Assembly: GCA_963728565.1 (NCBI GenBank)
Contig: CAVSLC010000018.1
Location: forward strand, 84,192-148,191
Source: an uncultured delta proteobacterium
GTDB lineage: Bacteria > Desulfobacterota > Binatia > UBA9968
Length of the DNA: 64,000 nucleotides
Direction of reading: 5' to 3'
Under the pieces are notes generated by a model. The model ran no database searches, was not told where the DNA came from, and saw only the letters and a list, made by a program, of their open reading frames with translations. Positions 39,617-50,158 of the stretch are shown here, piece after piece (the first letter of the stretch is position 1; every line of letters starts with the position of its first letter). The position numbers were made by a program, and so were the translations under genes.

Positions 39617-40405
39617 GTGAGCAGAACATTTGATGCCTTAAAGAAGGCAGAAGCCGTCGCGAAAACTAAACAGCTCGTTGATGGGAAGAAAAGCCGGCGG
39701 GTCAGCTTCCAGGCATTGAGCGTCTTCAAGGAAAAAAAGCGCCCGATTACAATTGACTTCGATTTAGATCCGTACGTTGAGGAACAATACCATAAACTGC
39801 GCCGTCACCTTTTGCCGAATTCGAAACGGGCCGCAGTCAAAGTCGTGATGGTGGCGGCCACCGATCATGGCGAAGGATGCACCACCACAGCAGCCATCTT
39901 AGCTTCTACGTTAGCGCGAGCGGGCAACTCCAAAATTTTGCTTGTTGACGCAAACCTTAGAACGCCGGCTCTAGACGAAGTTTTCGAGCCAGGACACGCC
40001 TATAAGTTGATTGGATTGTCCGACAAAGTTCTATCCCATGCGCCGCTCGATCAGACTATCTACGAAACCGATATTCCCAACCTGTTCTTTATGCCGTGCG
40101 GTAAGGCAGTGGCATCGCCTTCCTATGTATTCGCCAGCGAGCCAATTAGCGAGATGTTGTCGATGTTGCGCGAGCAGTTCGACTTCGTCATTTTTGATGG
40201 GTCGCCGTTGCGTGATTATTCGGAATCGTGCTTTCTTGCCGAGAAGATGGACGGTGTCATCTTAGTCGTGGAAGCCGAACGAACCAAAGCCGAAGTCCTG
40301 CGCAAGATCCGCAAGGATCTTGAATCGACCGGCGTGAATATTTTAGGGGTCGTTCTAAATAAGAAAAAGAATTACATCCCGGATTATCTTGAGAAGTTCC
40401 TCTAG
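39617..40405 (+). CDS. CpsD/CapB-family BY-kinase-like protein with a degenerate Walker A
   Basis: GEGCTTTA (Lys replaced by Cys), LLVDANLR, FVIFDGSP, GVILVV, LGVVLNK. Confidence 0.88.
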   Translation: MSRTFDALKKAEAVAKTKQLVDGKKSRRVSFQALSVFKEKKRPITIDFDLDPYVEEQYHKLRRHLLPNSKRAAVKVVMVAATDHGEGCTTTAAILASTLARAGNSKILLVDANLRTPALDEVFEPGHAYKLIGLSDKVLSHAPLDQTIYETDIPNLFFMPCGKAVASPSYVFASEPISEMLSMLREQFDFVIFDGSPLRDYSESCFLAEKMDGVILVVEAERTKAEVLRKIRKDLESTGVNILGVVLNKKKNYIPDYLEKFL

Positions 40406-40473
40406 TAGGTTTGCGGTTCTTTTATAGCTAATCACATCAAAACTTCCTTAGTTCCTCCCTCATACATACAGTT

Positions 40474-41445
40474 GTGAATTGTCCGGGCTTAAACGAGCTG
40501 CCGGCGCCTCCGAATGGTCGATTCGGTTGGCCATGGACAGAGGAAAGCGATCGGCTCTCGAATGAAGCCGCGGCAGCCCGGTCATTGCCCGTGATTAGTG
40601 TCATTACACCCTCTTATGATCAAGGTAACTATCTCGAGGAGACGATCCGATCGGTTCTCCTGCAGGGATATCCGAAACTTGAGTATATCGTTATGGACGG
40701 TGGCAGTACGGATGAGTCCCTCGATATTATTCAGAAGTATTCACCATGGTTGACATATTGGGTCAGCGAGCCTGATGCGGGCCAAAGCGATGCAATCAAC
40801 CGAGGGCTCAGCTTTGCGTCCGGCTCGTGGGCTACGTGGATCAATAGCGACGATATGCTTTGTAAGAATGCTCTCTTAGAGCATGCAAGCCGCTTCGGAT
40901 TCGATGAGAATACGGTTTATGTGGGTATCTGCGTATGTATCGACAAACTCGGGACTGTCCTCTCACATCATTGCGGCCGCGTTCAGTCGCTGGAAGATCT
41001 CCTTCAGATAGATCGAGTCTGGCGTGCCGGTGGACACATTATCCAGCCGGAGGTTATCTTCCCACGGCAGCTGGCGCTTGCGGTAGGTGGCCTAAATACC
41101 GAAAATCACTATACGATGGATTATGAGTTCTGGGGAAAGCTGCTTCTGGCTGGAGCGAAGTTTCGCTATACACAAGTACCATTCGGCACGTTCAGAGAGC
41201 ATGACGCGCAGAAAACCCATGATCCCTTGCGCACGACTGCGTCGCTTTTGAAAACGGCTACTGAGCTCATTGAGCTTGCAACCTGTTTTTCAGAAGACAA
41301 TAAAAAAGATCTGATGGGCGAGCTCGACGCCTATAAAGCTGATTATGATAAAAATTATTGGGACCGTAGCGGTAGGCTGGCGCGATCGGGACTGCCGCGC
41401 AGTATTGTAACGTATTTACGGAGTTTCAGATCCATTCTGCAATAG
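40474..41445 (+). CDS. Glycosyltransferase family 2
   Basis: ISVITPSY, DGGSTD, SEPDAGQSDAINRG, WINSDD. Confidence 0.93.
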   Translation: MNCPGLNELPAPPNGRFGWPWTEESDRLSNEAAAARSLPVISVITPSYDQGNYLEETIRSVLLQGYPKLEYIVMDGGSTDESLDIIQKYSPWLTYWVSEPDAGQSDAINRGLSFASGSWATWINSDDMLCKNALLEHASRFGFDENTVYVGICVCIDKLGTVLSHHCGRVQSLEDLLQIDRVWRAGGHIIQPEVIFPRQLALAVGGLNTENHYTMDYEFWGKLLLAGAKFRYTQVPFGTFREHDAQKTHDPLRTTASLLKTATELIELATCFSEDNKKDLMGELDAYKADYDKNYWDRSGRLARSGLPRSIVTYLRSFRSILQ

Positions 41446-41549
41446 GTCATACGCGTGCTGTAGAAAATCGAAGCACAACTCGCCGTCTTTGCAATCTCCA
41501 ATCGACCTCCGACTATTTTCCGAAGCATGCTCACTGGTGGAAACTGCCA

Positions 41550-43433
41550 GTGAGCATCGATGTCAAAAGTTATTCCATGGGCTTCATCGCAGGTCATGTA
41601 AGTAAGGGCCATCGTTATGTCGACGGTGAGTTTCTGAGGGCTATACAATTACACCGAATCATCGCCGCAGATGATCTGAACGACTATGAGAGTATCCTTG
41701 TCGAGACACCGCTGGGTTATATCGCCGCAAAACATAAGAAAGACCATCCGATACCATCAAAGATATATTGCGACAGCAATGGTAACAAGCTTCTAGTCCT
41801 GGGGTTTCTGTACTCATTCGACGGGACATTGACAGCTACAAGGCTTGAAACATACGAAGGGGAGTTTATAGCTGTATTCTTGGAGCAATCAGGCAATCTC
41901 CACATCGTAAATGATCGCTTCGGTTCTCGACCATTTTATATTTCAAAGAACAGTTCTGGCATTTACTTCTCTTCTAATTTGGCTTTCTTGCTTCAGATGC
42001 TTGGCAGAAAGCATGACCCTGATGTTCTGGGCTGGTTTCAGGTGTTTAGTTACGGACATACGTCCGAAAGCCGCACCACATTCAGCGGCGTGAAGCGGCT
42101 GCTTCCAGCAACGCATGTTACGATCGATCCTAACGGTGCATTTCAGGAGAGAACCTACTGGAAGCTTGAGTATGCGCCAGTTGCTGATCTAGATCCTGTC
42201 TCCCACAGCAAGGAGGTTTTTGCGGCGTTTAAGCGGGGCGCGGTGCTTCGTTCGAAACTTGCGGGAAAAGGAGTGGTGGCTCTAAGCGGTGGTCTGGATA
42301 GTAGGCTTGTAGCCGCTGCGCTTCCCGAGGATGTAGAGTTCTCTGCATTTACGTTTGTGAATTCGGCTGAAGCCCCTTCAACAGCAGATACGGACATCGC
42401 AGCCCAAGTTAGCAAGGTCTTAGGGCTACAGCACCGAGTCGAGCCGGTTCCAAGGCAAGAGTACTCGGCGATCGCAGACGACGTTATCCTACTGACTGGA
42501 GGTATGCGACCGCTACACCATTCCGCAACAGTAATGCCTTACATTCGGGAGCTGGAGCGGTGCGGAGTTCGATTTTTGCTCGGCGGTGGTCCAGGTGATG
42601 TGAGTGCCGGATCTAAAATCCCTTCGGTTCAATATCTGGATCCCTCGAGAACAGATGAATGCGTACAGGACTTCTGTCGGACATTAGCCGGTGGAGCTCA
42701 GCTTCTAGGAATTTTGTTCAGGCAGGAAATCGTAAAAGAATATCGAGACGATGTTTATACATCACTTTCAGAGTCGTTTCTTGATATCAGTGCGCCGACA
42801 GCGGCCCACAAAGTAACCGCATGGGAGCTGCTCAACAGATGGCCCGCATTTACTTTCACCTCAATGCTGCACAACCATCCGAACGTTAGCGAAGCGTTCT
42901 GCCATCTGGACTATCAATACATGAATTTAATGCTTAAATTACCTGCTCAATGGCTTTACGAGCGGAACTTTTATCGTGTCATGATCCACAATTGTCTACC
43001 TAAGCTCCGGGGCATTCCGTACGCAAATACGGGTCAACTCCTTTCCAGCGAAATACAACACTATGACTATGATTTAGATCTGAGAAGTCGCACTGTCGGG
43101 TTTGCTGCTCAATTCGCTCGAAAACTTATCCCCCGCAAGATAAAGCGGTTACTGAAACCCACGCCTAAAGGCGCCCGTTCGTTCTCTTACTATCTTTACC
43201 GAGACGACGGAAAGTTAATTACTGGCCTAAAAGAATGCCTACATTCTATAAGCGCCCTTCGGGAGATCCTCGACACTGATAAATGCTTACGCTTTTTGGA
43301 TGACTTTCGTTCGGATAACATAACCCACCTCTCCTATGATCGACAGACGGAACTTGTAGGCAGCCTCGCAACGATGTGCCTCACATTCAAAGGTTTATCG
43401 AATAGCGAATTACATCAGCGGCACGGGACCTAA
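41550..43433 (+). CDS. Asparagine synthase-related ATP pyrophosphatase lacking the N-terminal Cys
   Basis: NDRFGSRPFY, GVKRLLPA, PP-loop ALSGGLDSR; no MCG N-terminus. Confidence 0.8.
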   Translation: MSIDVKSYSMGFIAGHVSKGHRYVDGEFLRAIQLHRIIAADDLNDYESILVETPLGYIAAKHKKDHPIPSKIYCDSNGNKLLVLGFLYSFDGTLTATRLETYEGEFIAVFLEQSGNLHIVNDRFGSRPFYISKNSSGIYFSSNLAFLLQMLGRKHDPDVLGWFQVFSYGHTSESRTTFSGVKRLLPATHVTIDPNGAFQERTYWKLEYAPVADLDPVSHSKEVFAAFKRGAVLRSKLAGKGVVALSGGLDSRLVAAALPEDVEFSAFTFVNSAEAPSTADTDIAAQVSKVLGLQHRVEPVPRQEYSAIADDVILLTGGMRPLHHSATVMPYIRELERCGVRFLLGGGPGDVSAGSKIPSVQYLDPSRTDECVQDFCRTLAGGAQLLGILFRQEIVKEYRDDVYTSLSESFLDISAPTAAHKVTAWELLNRWPAFTFTSMLHNHPNVSEAFCHLDYQYMNLMLKLPAQWLYERNFYRVMIHNCLPKLRGIPYANTGQLLSSEIQHYDYDLDLRSRTVGFAAQFARKLIPRKIKRLLKPTPKGARSFSYYLYRDDGKLITGLKECLHSISALREILDTDKCLRFLDDFRSDNITHLSYDRQTELVGSLATMCLTFKGLSNSELHQRHGT

Positions 43434-43470
43434 GATAAAGTTAAAGCTATCCAAGTCGCTGTTCGCGCGT

Positions 43471-44577
43471 ATGCCAAAAAAAAACATTTGCGTCACCCTG
43501 CCTGGTTCGCTGGGATATAGCGAGACGTTTTTGCAAGCACATACGGAGAGGCTTTCGCCTTTCGTAAATTGTTTAGACGATTTTCCCATCGATGTCGATT
43601 ATGTCCTTCCAAAAGAGGCTAGCGATAATGATTTTAGGCGTCGTCTGCGATCTTTTTGGTACACTTTCGGGTTAAATCCGATCAAGAAAGTCTCCCTGCG
43701 AAGATTCTTTCACAAGAATAATATAGGCCTAGTACTGGCCGAATATGGGTTAACGGGTTTAGGAATATTGAAGAGTTGCAAGGAGCTACAGATGCCGCTC
43801 GTTGTACACTTTCATGGCGCAGATGCATATCTTAAAGAGCTACTAGATTGCCATCAAGATCGATACAAGACGATGTTTGATTATGCCAGTGCGATCGTCG
43901 CTGTATCAAAACATATGACGACTCAGCTTATACGGTTAGGCGCTTCCCCCGAGAAAATTTTCTATAACGCCTATGGGGTAGAACTCGATAAATTTGCGCC
44001 TCGATGCGAAATTCCGAGCTGTTTGCAAGTGCTTTCGGTAGGACGATTCGTCGAAAAAAAAGCGCCATATCTGACGATCCTCGCGTTCAAAAAAGTATTG
44101 GAACGATTACCTGAAGCGAGGTTGGTAATGGTTGGAACGGGGCCATTATTTGACGTCTGTTCGAAAATCATAAAGTCCTTGCATATCGAAGCCAGTGTCG
44201 AGTTGAAGGGCATAGTTGATCATGATCAGATTCCTGCGCTCATGCAAAAATCTGCTGTATTCGTTCAGCACTCTTTAATGCCATTATCCGGCGACTCAGA
44301 AGGGACGCCAGTTGCTATATTAGAAGCGAGCGCAGTCGGCTTACCTATTGTAAGCACCAGGCACGCCGGTATTAGTGACGCGGTGATCCATGGTGAAACA
44401 GGTTTTTTAGTTGAAGAGGGCGACTCGGACGGTATGGCTGAATTTGTCTACCGATTGCTAACCAATTCTGAGCTGGCTCAGAACATGGGGAGGAAATCTA
44501 GAGAACATATCGCTGAGAACTTCGACATGGAGCATAGCATCAAAAGACTGAGACATATCCTGGAACAGTGTAGTTAG
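43471..44577 (+). CDS. Glycosyltransferase family 4
   Basis: HFHGAD, VGRFVEKK, EGTPVAILEA, TRHAGI, GETGFLV. Confidence 0.93.
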   Translation: MPKKNICVTLPGSLGYSETFLQAHTERLSPFVNCLDDFPIDVDYVLPKEASDNDFRRRLRSFWYTFGLNPIKKVSLRRFFHKNNIGLVLAEYGLTGLGILKSCKELQMPLVVHFHGADAYLKELLDCHQDRYKTMFDYASAIVAVSKHMTTQLIRLGASPEKIFYNAYGVELDKFAPRCEIPSCLQVLSVGRFVEKKAPYLTILAFKKVLERLPEARLVMVGTGPLFDVCSKIIKSLHIEASVELKGIVDHDQIPALMQKSAVFVQHSLMPLSGDSEGTPVAILEASAVGLPIVSTRHAGISDAVIHGETGFLVEEGDSDGMAEFVYRLLTNSELAQNMGRKSREHIAENFDMEHSIKRLRHILEQCS

Positions 44578-44707
44578 TTAACGGCAGTCGATGCTTTGAA
44601 TCTCGAAACGCGTGATGTTCTGCCGAGCACTTGGTGAAAGTAAATCCTTCCTGAACAGAGAAATTGATCGCTCCGGCAATAGTCTGCTTAATGACGGCTC
44701 GCCCGAC

Positions 44708-46171
44708 ATGAATTCTGTGCTTATGATTGCGTATAACTTCCCGCCCGATGGGAGCGCCGGCGTACATCGTACCGTCCGTTTTGTACAGCATCTCCAGAAG
44801 TTCGGTTGGCAATCCAGCGTTCTTTCAGTGGAGGCTAAATCATACGAGCGGTATGATCCGGAGTTACTCGATGCGATTCCAAGAGAAACCGAAGTCGTCC
44901 GCGCTCGGCACCGGGACTTCTGGCATGATCTGTTAGCTCGAAGAGCCAAGCGCATTGCTAAGAAGTTAGCCAACGGTCCAGTTGAAATGGCCGCTCAAAT
45001 CCAGGCGGCACATAGTGCACCCTTGCGTTCCAGGATCAGAGAATTAGTGCATTCAGCCGAAGCGTGGTGTTATCACCCCGACACAACTATGTGTTGGATC
45101 GCGCCTGCTGTGCGGGAGGCTTTAAAGATTTGCGATCGCCACCGCCCGAATGCTATTTACGCCACCGGCGGCCCGTGGTCGTCGTTTATCGTTGCCCGGC
45201 GGGTCTCGCAGCAAACCGGCATCCCCTATATCATTGATTTTCGTGACTCCTGGACCATGAGTCGCGACGACTTTGACCTTCGGCGCCCCGCTTGGGCCAT
45301 CCGTCGGGATCGTCGAACTTTGTACAAGTTGCTCGAGGGAGCTCACGCAATCGTATTCCGGTACTTCGCAGAGGCCGAATGCTACTGGCGAGCCTATCGC
45401 GATGCCTTAAGCGCCTCAAAGATCCACATCATTCCTAACGGTTACAGCGGCCGCATTGACGAGTTTGTGCATGCTGAGGGAGCCAAATGCACCGTTCTTT
45501 ATGCGGGCACCTTATCTCCGTACTATTACGATACTCTTCTCCAAGCTCTTTATGAATTGAAGAAGTTCGATCCTGTTCGAGCCTCAGAGCTACGCTTTGT
45601 ATTCGTTGGCGAGAGCACAGACGTTCTTGACCGTGCGGCCGCGAGAGCCGGTGTTTCTGATCTTATTGAAACGACAGGCCCTGTCTCATACAGCAAAGTG
45701 ATGAGGCTGCAGCAAAGTGCTCATGCACTCCTACTGCTCGGCGTCAAGCCGATGAAGGGATACGAGTTGTGCGGCAGCAAAGTCTTTGGCTATCTCAAAG
45801 CAAATCGGCCAATTCTCGGAATTGTTTCTGCTGCAGATGAAATGAGGAAGGTTCTACATCGCGTCGGCGTCTCAACGATTGCTGATAACGCGTCGACCTC
45901 GGAAATAGTTGTAGTGCTAAGGCGGCTGATAGATGCATGGTCGACGGGGAGATTATCGGATCTCCTTCCAAACCCGGCGGCGTGCGAGATTTATTCGGGG
46001 GAGCAGCAGACAGCCGCTCTCGTTCGGGCGCTCGAAGGATTGCCGGCAGCGGAGCCGTTCACCCCGGGTTCCGTGGACATTCCTCCTTCTTTACGGGAGG
46101 AAATCGGCGAGGGAGATTGGCTCAGCAGATCGACGCCACCAAACGGTTTAATGAGAATTTCTCCTCAATGA
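44708..46171 (+). CDS. Glycosyltransferase (GT4-like, GT-B fold)
   Basis: VLMIAYNFPP, ATGGPWS, IDFRDSW, IPNGY, YAGTL, SKVFGYL; start at ATG 44708. Confidence 0.85.
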   Translation: MNSVLMIAYNFPPDGSAGVHRTVRFVQHLQKFGWQSSVLSVEAKSYERYDPELLDAIPRETEVVRARHRDFWHDLLARRAKRIAKKLANGPVEMAAQIQAAHSAPLRSRIRELVHSAEAWCYHPDTTMCWIAPAVREALKICDRHRPNAIYATGGPWSSFIVARRVSQQTGIPYIIDFRDSWTMSRDDFDLRRPAWAIRRDRRTLYKLLEGAHAIVFRYFAEAECYWRAYRDALSASKIHIIPNGYSGRIDEFVHAEGAKCTVLYAGTLSPYYYDTLLQALYELKKFDPVRASELRFVFVGESTDVLDRAAARAGVSDLIETTGPVSYSKVMRLQQSAHALLLLGVKPMKGYELCGSKVFGYLKANRPILGIVSAADEMRKVLHRVGVSTIADNASTSEIVVVLRRLIDAWSTGRLSDLLPNPAACEIYSGEQQTAALVRALEGLPAAEPFTPGSVDIPPSLREEIGEGDWLSRSTPPNGLMRISPQ

Positions 46172-46223
46172 ACTTCGACAAGGCTCCCTCTGGCGTCCTG
46201 TTCTCTGTAGGGCTGAAAATCGT

Positions 46224-47642
46224 ATGACTAGCGATGTATTCGTTGTAAAAACAGCGGCTCATTATCCCTCGTTCCCTTATAATGCAGAGAACCCATTATT
46301 GAGTGCCTTACGGTCACTCTTTTTAATGTGGGGTAAAGACCCAGGAAATCCCTTCAAAGAATGGATCGGCCCCGGCGCCCGTGTGGTCATAAAGCCCAAT
46401 TGGGTCCACCACCATAGCCGGGATGAAAAGAACCTCGATGCCTTAGTAACCCATACTTCACTGATCAAACATGTCATCGATCTGGTCGCTTTAGGACTAA
46501 GAGGTTCTGGCTCAATCATCATCGGCGATGCTCCGCTCCAGAGCTGTGACTTCGACGTTCTCGTGAAAAGGACCCGAATAGCAGAAATGGTGGAAGAAGC
46601 TCGTAGAAGATATTCTGGTTTAGAGATTGTCATTGAGGACTGGCGATTGACTATTCTAGAGGAGTCCGACGCGGCGCAAAAGCATAGGCCGAACTATGAA
46701 AGCCGCGTCACTGAGGATTACAAAATTGTCGATCTTGCAACCAAGAGTTTTCTTGAGGATATTTCGGACTACTCTGATAAATTCCGCGTAACCTGTTATG
46801 ATCCTCATTTGATGGCGCCACACCATCATCGAGGAAAGCACGAGTATCTTGTGACGCGCAGAGTTTTCGATGCCGATCTGGTAATCAATCTTCCAAAGAT
46901 GAAAACACATATCAAAGCGGGCCTCACGGGAGCTCTTAAGAACCTGGTCGGTATCAATGGTCACAAGGAGTATCTACCTCATCATATTCTCGGTGGCAGC
47001 GAAACTGGCGGTGACTGTTATTATAAAGCCCATGCCGTACGTGACATATACGATAGCGCATACGACAAATTTTGGACACGCTATGATCGTCTTCCTGAGA
47101 TAAAACGTAAAGCCGGCGAGCTGATTCTTGGAGCGATATGGCGAGCCTCACGGCTGTTGACAGGTGATTCGATATCAGCCGGAAGCTGGTATGGCAACGA
47201 AACGATCTGGCGCATGACTCTTGATTTGAATCACTTACTTTATTTTTGCGATCAAGCGCCTAAGAAGATTATCTCAATCGTCGACGGTATTGTCGCGGGC
47301 GAAGGGGAGGGCCCACTGAGGCCCAAGCCTAAACTCGCCGGTTTGATCGTCGCAGGTGAAAACCCAGCCTACATTGACAGTGTGCTCGCGAAGCTAATGG
47401 GCTATAATATTTCCCGCATACCGACGGTTTACCACGCGATCTATCATCGAAAGTCGCAATTCAGCGGTCCTTATCTCGATAATCTGCAGACATACTTTTT
47501 GGAGAACGGCGACGTAGAACTGGTGCCTTTCTCCGAGTTGCCAAATTTTGATTTTGTTAAACCAGAGCATTGGAAACGAGCGACAAGCACAATTGGTTCG
47601 ACGCGGTTCGACGCGGATCCGTACGCCCGAGAGCACGCATGA
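46224..47642 (+). CDS. DUF362 domain protein
   Basis: VVIKPNWV, IIGDAP, INLPKMKTH, GLTGALKNLVGI, DGIVAGEGEGP. Confidence 0.88.
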   Translation: MTSDVFVVKTAAHYPSFPYNAENPLLSALRSLFLMWGKDPGNPFKEWIGPGARVVIKPNWVHHHSRDEKNLDALVTHTSLIKHVIDLVALGLRGSGSIIIGDAPLQSCDFDVLVKRTRIAEMVEEARRRYSGLEIVIEDWRLTILEESDAAQKHRPNYESRVTEDYKIVDLATKSFLEDISDYSDKFRVTCYDPHLMAPHHHRGKHEYLVTRRVFDADLVINLPKMKTHIKAGLTGALKNLVGINGHKEYLPHHILGGSETGGDCYYKAHAVRDIYDSAYDKFWTRYDRLPEIKRKAGELILGAIWRASRLLTGDSISAGSWYGNETIWRMTLDLNHLLYFCDQAPKKIISIVDGIVAGEGEGPLRPKPKLAGLIVAGENPAYIDSVLAKLMGYNISRIPTVYHAIYHRKSQFSGPYLDNLQTYFLENGDVELVPFSELPNFDFVKPEHWKRATSTIGSTRFDADPYAREHA

Positions 47643-49045
47643 ACCCATACGTTTTGCGTCGCGTCATTTTGCCCGCATGGCAGCAATTTAAGCGTCAGAA
47701 CGGTTTGAAGCTGTTGCCTTACCTGGAAAAGACGCAGTGGCTACCGCAAAGCGAGCTTCTGGACCTGCAATGGCAGCGTATCGGCGAACTGCTCGAGCAT
47801 GCCTTCGAGCATGTACCCTATTATGCGGACGTTAGGCGCTCGATCGTATTAGACCCGCGATCTTTTACTCGCGACCGTTCCTTAGACAGATTGCCGCTGT
47901 TGGGTCGATCAACCATAATCCAGCGCCTCGATCGTTTGCGAGCGACAAATATTCCGCACGACCGATTTGTGCCGAATGGCACCGGAGGCTCTACAGGCGA
48001 GCCGCTTCGCTTCTTTGATGACCATACTGCGTCTGGTTGGCTAGATGCCGCTGTTTGGCGGTCCCATCGCTGGTGCGACGTCGATGTTGGCGACCGCTGC
48101 TGTTACCTCTGGGGAGCAAACTTCGACTTAACTAGGTTTCAAGGATTGAGCGGCCGAATGCGGTCACGCGCATTGAATCTGCTGATGTTACCGGCCTGGA
48201 AACTTGGGACAGCCACATCGGACACCTTCTGGAAAAAAGTCGTGGACTTTAGACCGAAGCTGCTGGTTGCGTACAGTGGCGCGATCTACAACTGGGCGCG
48301 CCTCCTGGGCGACGACCAAGAGCCGATACCCGATCTCAGAGCGATTATTGTCTCGGCTGAAACGCTGCATGACGAATGGCGGGCGGTGATTGAGCGCTGC
48401 TTTAAAGTTCCTGTTTATAATCGTTACGGCGGACGGGACATAAAATTCATCGCTCAGGAGTGTCCTAAAAGAAAAGGCCTGCACATCAATGCAGAGAATG
48501 TGTTCGTGGAAATCGTCAAGGACGGGCGGTCCGTTGCGCCGGGCGAGATCGGCGAGGTGGTTGTCACGCGTCTTGATAACTTTGCCATGCCATTCATCCG
48601 GTATCGAAGCGGAGACTTGGGTGTAATGGCTAGTTCTGCGTGTGAGTGTGGCCGTTCTCTACCGCTACTTCAAAAAATTGAAGGGCGCATTCAGGATACG
48701 ATTGTAACCGAGGATGGCAGAATCGTTTCGGGACCCTTTTTCGCACACATGATGAAGGATTGTCCGGACGTGAAAGAATTCCAAGTGCACCAGTTAGCGC
48801 TGGACCAACTCCTCATCCAAGTTGTGTTGCATGACCACACTTCCTTCTCTAGCAGATCACGGATTCAGCGATTAGTCCAAGAGTACCTGGGACATAGCGT
48901 GATGATAGGTTTTGATCTTCGGGATAGCATCCCCCTGACCGGAAGCGGCAAGAGGCGAGTCATTGTTTCCCATCTGAGTCTCGATGGCCAGGCGCAACCA
49001 GCCGTACTCGCCGGGATTCAACCTACAGGAGCTACATTTCAGTAA
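47639..49045 (+). CDS. Phenylacetate-CoA ligase-like / CapK-family adenylate-forming enzyme
   Basis: HVPYY, TGGSTGEP, YNRYGGRD, MPFIRYRSGD, IEGRIQD; ATGA overlap with DUF362. Confidence 0.9.
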   Translation: MNPYVLRRVILPAWQQFKRQNGLKLLPYLEKTQWLPQSELLDLQWQRIGELLEHAFEHVPYYADVRRSIVLDPRSFTRDRSLDRLPLLGRSTIIQRLDRLRATNIPHDRFVPNGTGGSTGEPLRFFDDHTASGWLDAAVWRSHRWCDVDVGDRCCYLWGANFDLTRFQGLSGRMRSRALNLLMLPAWKLGTATSDTFWKKVVDFRPKLLVAYSGAIYNWARLLGDDQEPIPDLRAIIVSAETLHDEWRAVIERCFKVPVYNRYGGRDIKFIAQECPKRKGLHINAENVFVEIVKDGRSVAPGEIGEVVVTRLDNFAMPFIRYRSGDLGVMASSACECGRSLPLLQKIEGRIQDTIVTEDGRIVSGPFFAHMMKDCPDVKEFQVHQLALDQLLIQVVLHDHTSFSSRSRIQRLVQEYLGHSVMIGFDLRDSIPLTGSGKRRVIVSHLSLDGQAQPAVLAGIQPTGATFQ

Positions 49046-49069
49046 AGCGCATCACGCTGCGCCTAATCT

Positions 49070-50068
49070 TTGAAAACCGTGGCTACCGTTTACATGCTTA
49101 CTACCGCCGACGAGCAGATCGCAGGATACAGTGGAGCGGATTTTCGCAGGCTTTCTGAAGCCGCGAGCTGCGACGCGTTCGGTCAGCATCGGCTGGTAGA
49201 CTCACCTGAGCACGCAGACATCATCCTTTTCGTTGGATCTACTTATCCCGATCATCGCGATGTTAGATCACATCCCTTTTTGCATAAGTACCGGCAGAAA
49301 TGCTTTCTATTTCATTCCGACGATTACGTGATTCCTTTTTTGCCGGGCGTTTATGTGAACATTGCTAAACGTTGGTGCAGCGAGCGGACTCTCACTGGGC
49401 CTTACCTGCAGATGACGCAGTGGGATTATGTGCCATTTGTGCCTTCACTTCAGAATTGCGAATATCTTTTCTGTTTCGTTGGGTCAACGATAACTCACCG
49501 TGTTAGGCGACGACTTATGGGCGTAAAGCATCCCCGGGCGTATCTCGAAGACACGAACACATGGCTCGAAACGGGTGAGAAGAACAGGCCCTTCGCTATG
49601 GTTAATTATCAGCAAGACGCCAAAACCCGGTACGGAGAAATCATTAGCAAAAGCAAGTTTGTCCTTTGTCCCCGAGGATACGCCTGCTCGACCTGGCGTT
49701 TGTTTGAGACTATGAAGGCCGGCAGAGTACCGGTAATTATCTCGGATCAATGGGTTCCTCCTCTCGGTCCGGAATGGGAGAGTTTTAGTATTCGGGTTAA
49801 CGAGCGCAAAGTCACCCATATACCTGACCTTTTAGAACGTTACGAAGCAGAAGCGAATGCTATGGCAAAGAAGGCGAGGACCGTCTGGGAGCAGTGGTTT
49901 GCCAAGGAAACGGTTTTCCATCGAATCGTAGAGTGGTGTTTAACTCTGAAGCGCCATTCGCGCGATTCGGGTTTTCGCCAGCTTGTTCCGTACGTTCAGT
50001 TACTGCGGCCTTTTTACCTGCGCCATGTGCTACTTCCCGAAATCAAGCACCGATTGTTGGCGGCATAG
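49070..50068 (+). CDS. Exostosin-family (GT47-like) glycosyltransferase
   Basis: LFCFVGS, SKFVLCPRG, RLFETMKAGRVPVIISD. Confidence 0.85.
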   Translation: MKTVATVYMLTTADEQIAGYSGADFRRLSEAASCDAFGQHRLVDSPEHADIILFVGSTYPDHRDVRSHPFLHKYRQKCFLFHSDDYVIPFLPGVYVNIAKRWCSERTLTGPYLQMTQWDYVPFVPSLQNCEYLFCFVGSTITHRVRRRLMGVKHPRAYLEDTNTWLETGEKNRPFAMVNYQQDAKTRYGEIISKSKFVLCPRGYACSTWRLFETMKAGRVPVIISDQWVPPLGPEWESFSIRVNERKVTHIPDLLERYEAEANAMAKKARTVWEQWFAKETVFHRIVEWCLTLKRHSRDSGFRQLVPYVQLLRPFYLRHVLLPEIKHRLLAA

Positions 50069-50158
50069 TCGGTGTCAATCCTTTGTTTTCTGAATTGAGT
50101 TGATTTAGATCGAAATCGTTCGCTAGCGACCTTGCGGTGGGATGGGAGAGGATAAAAC

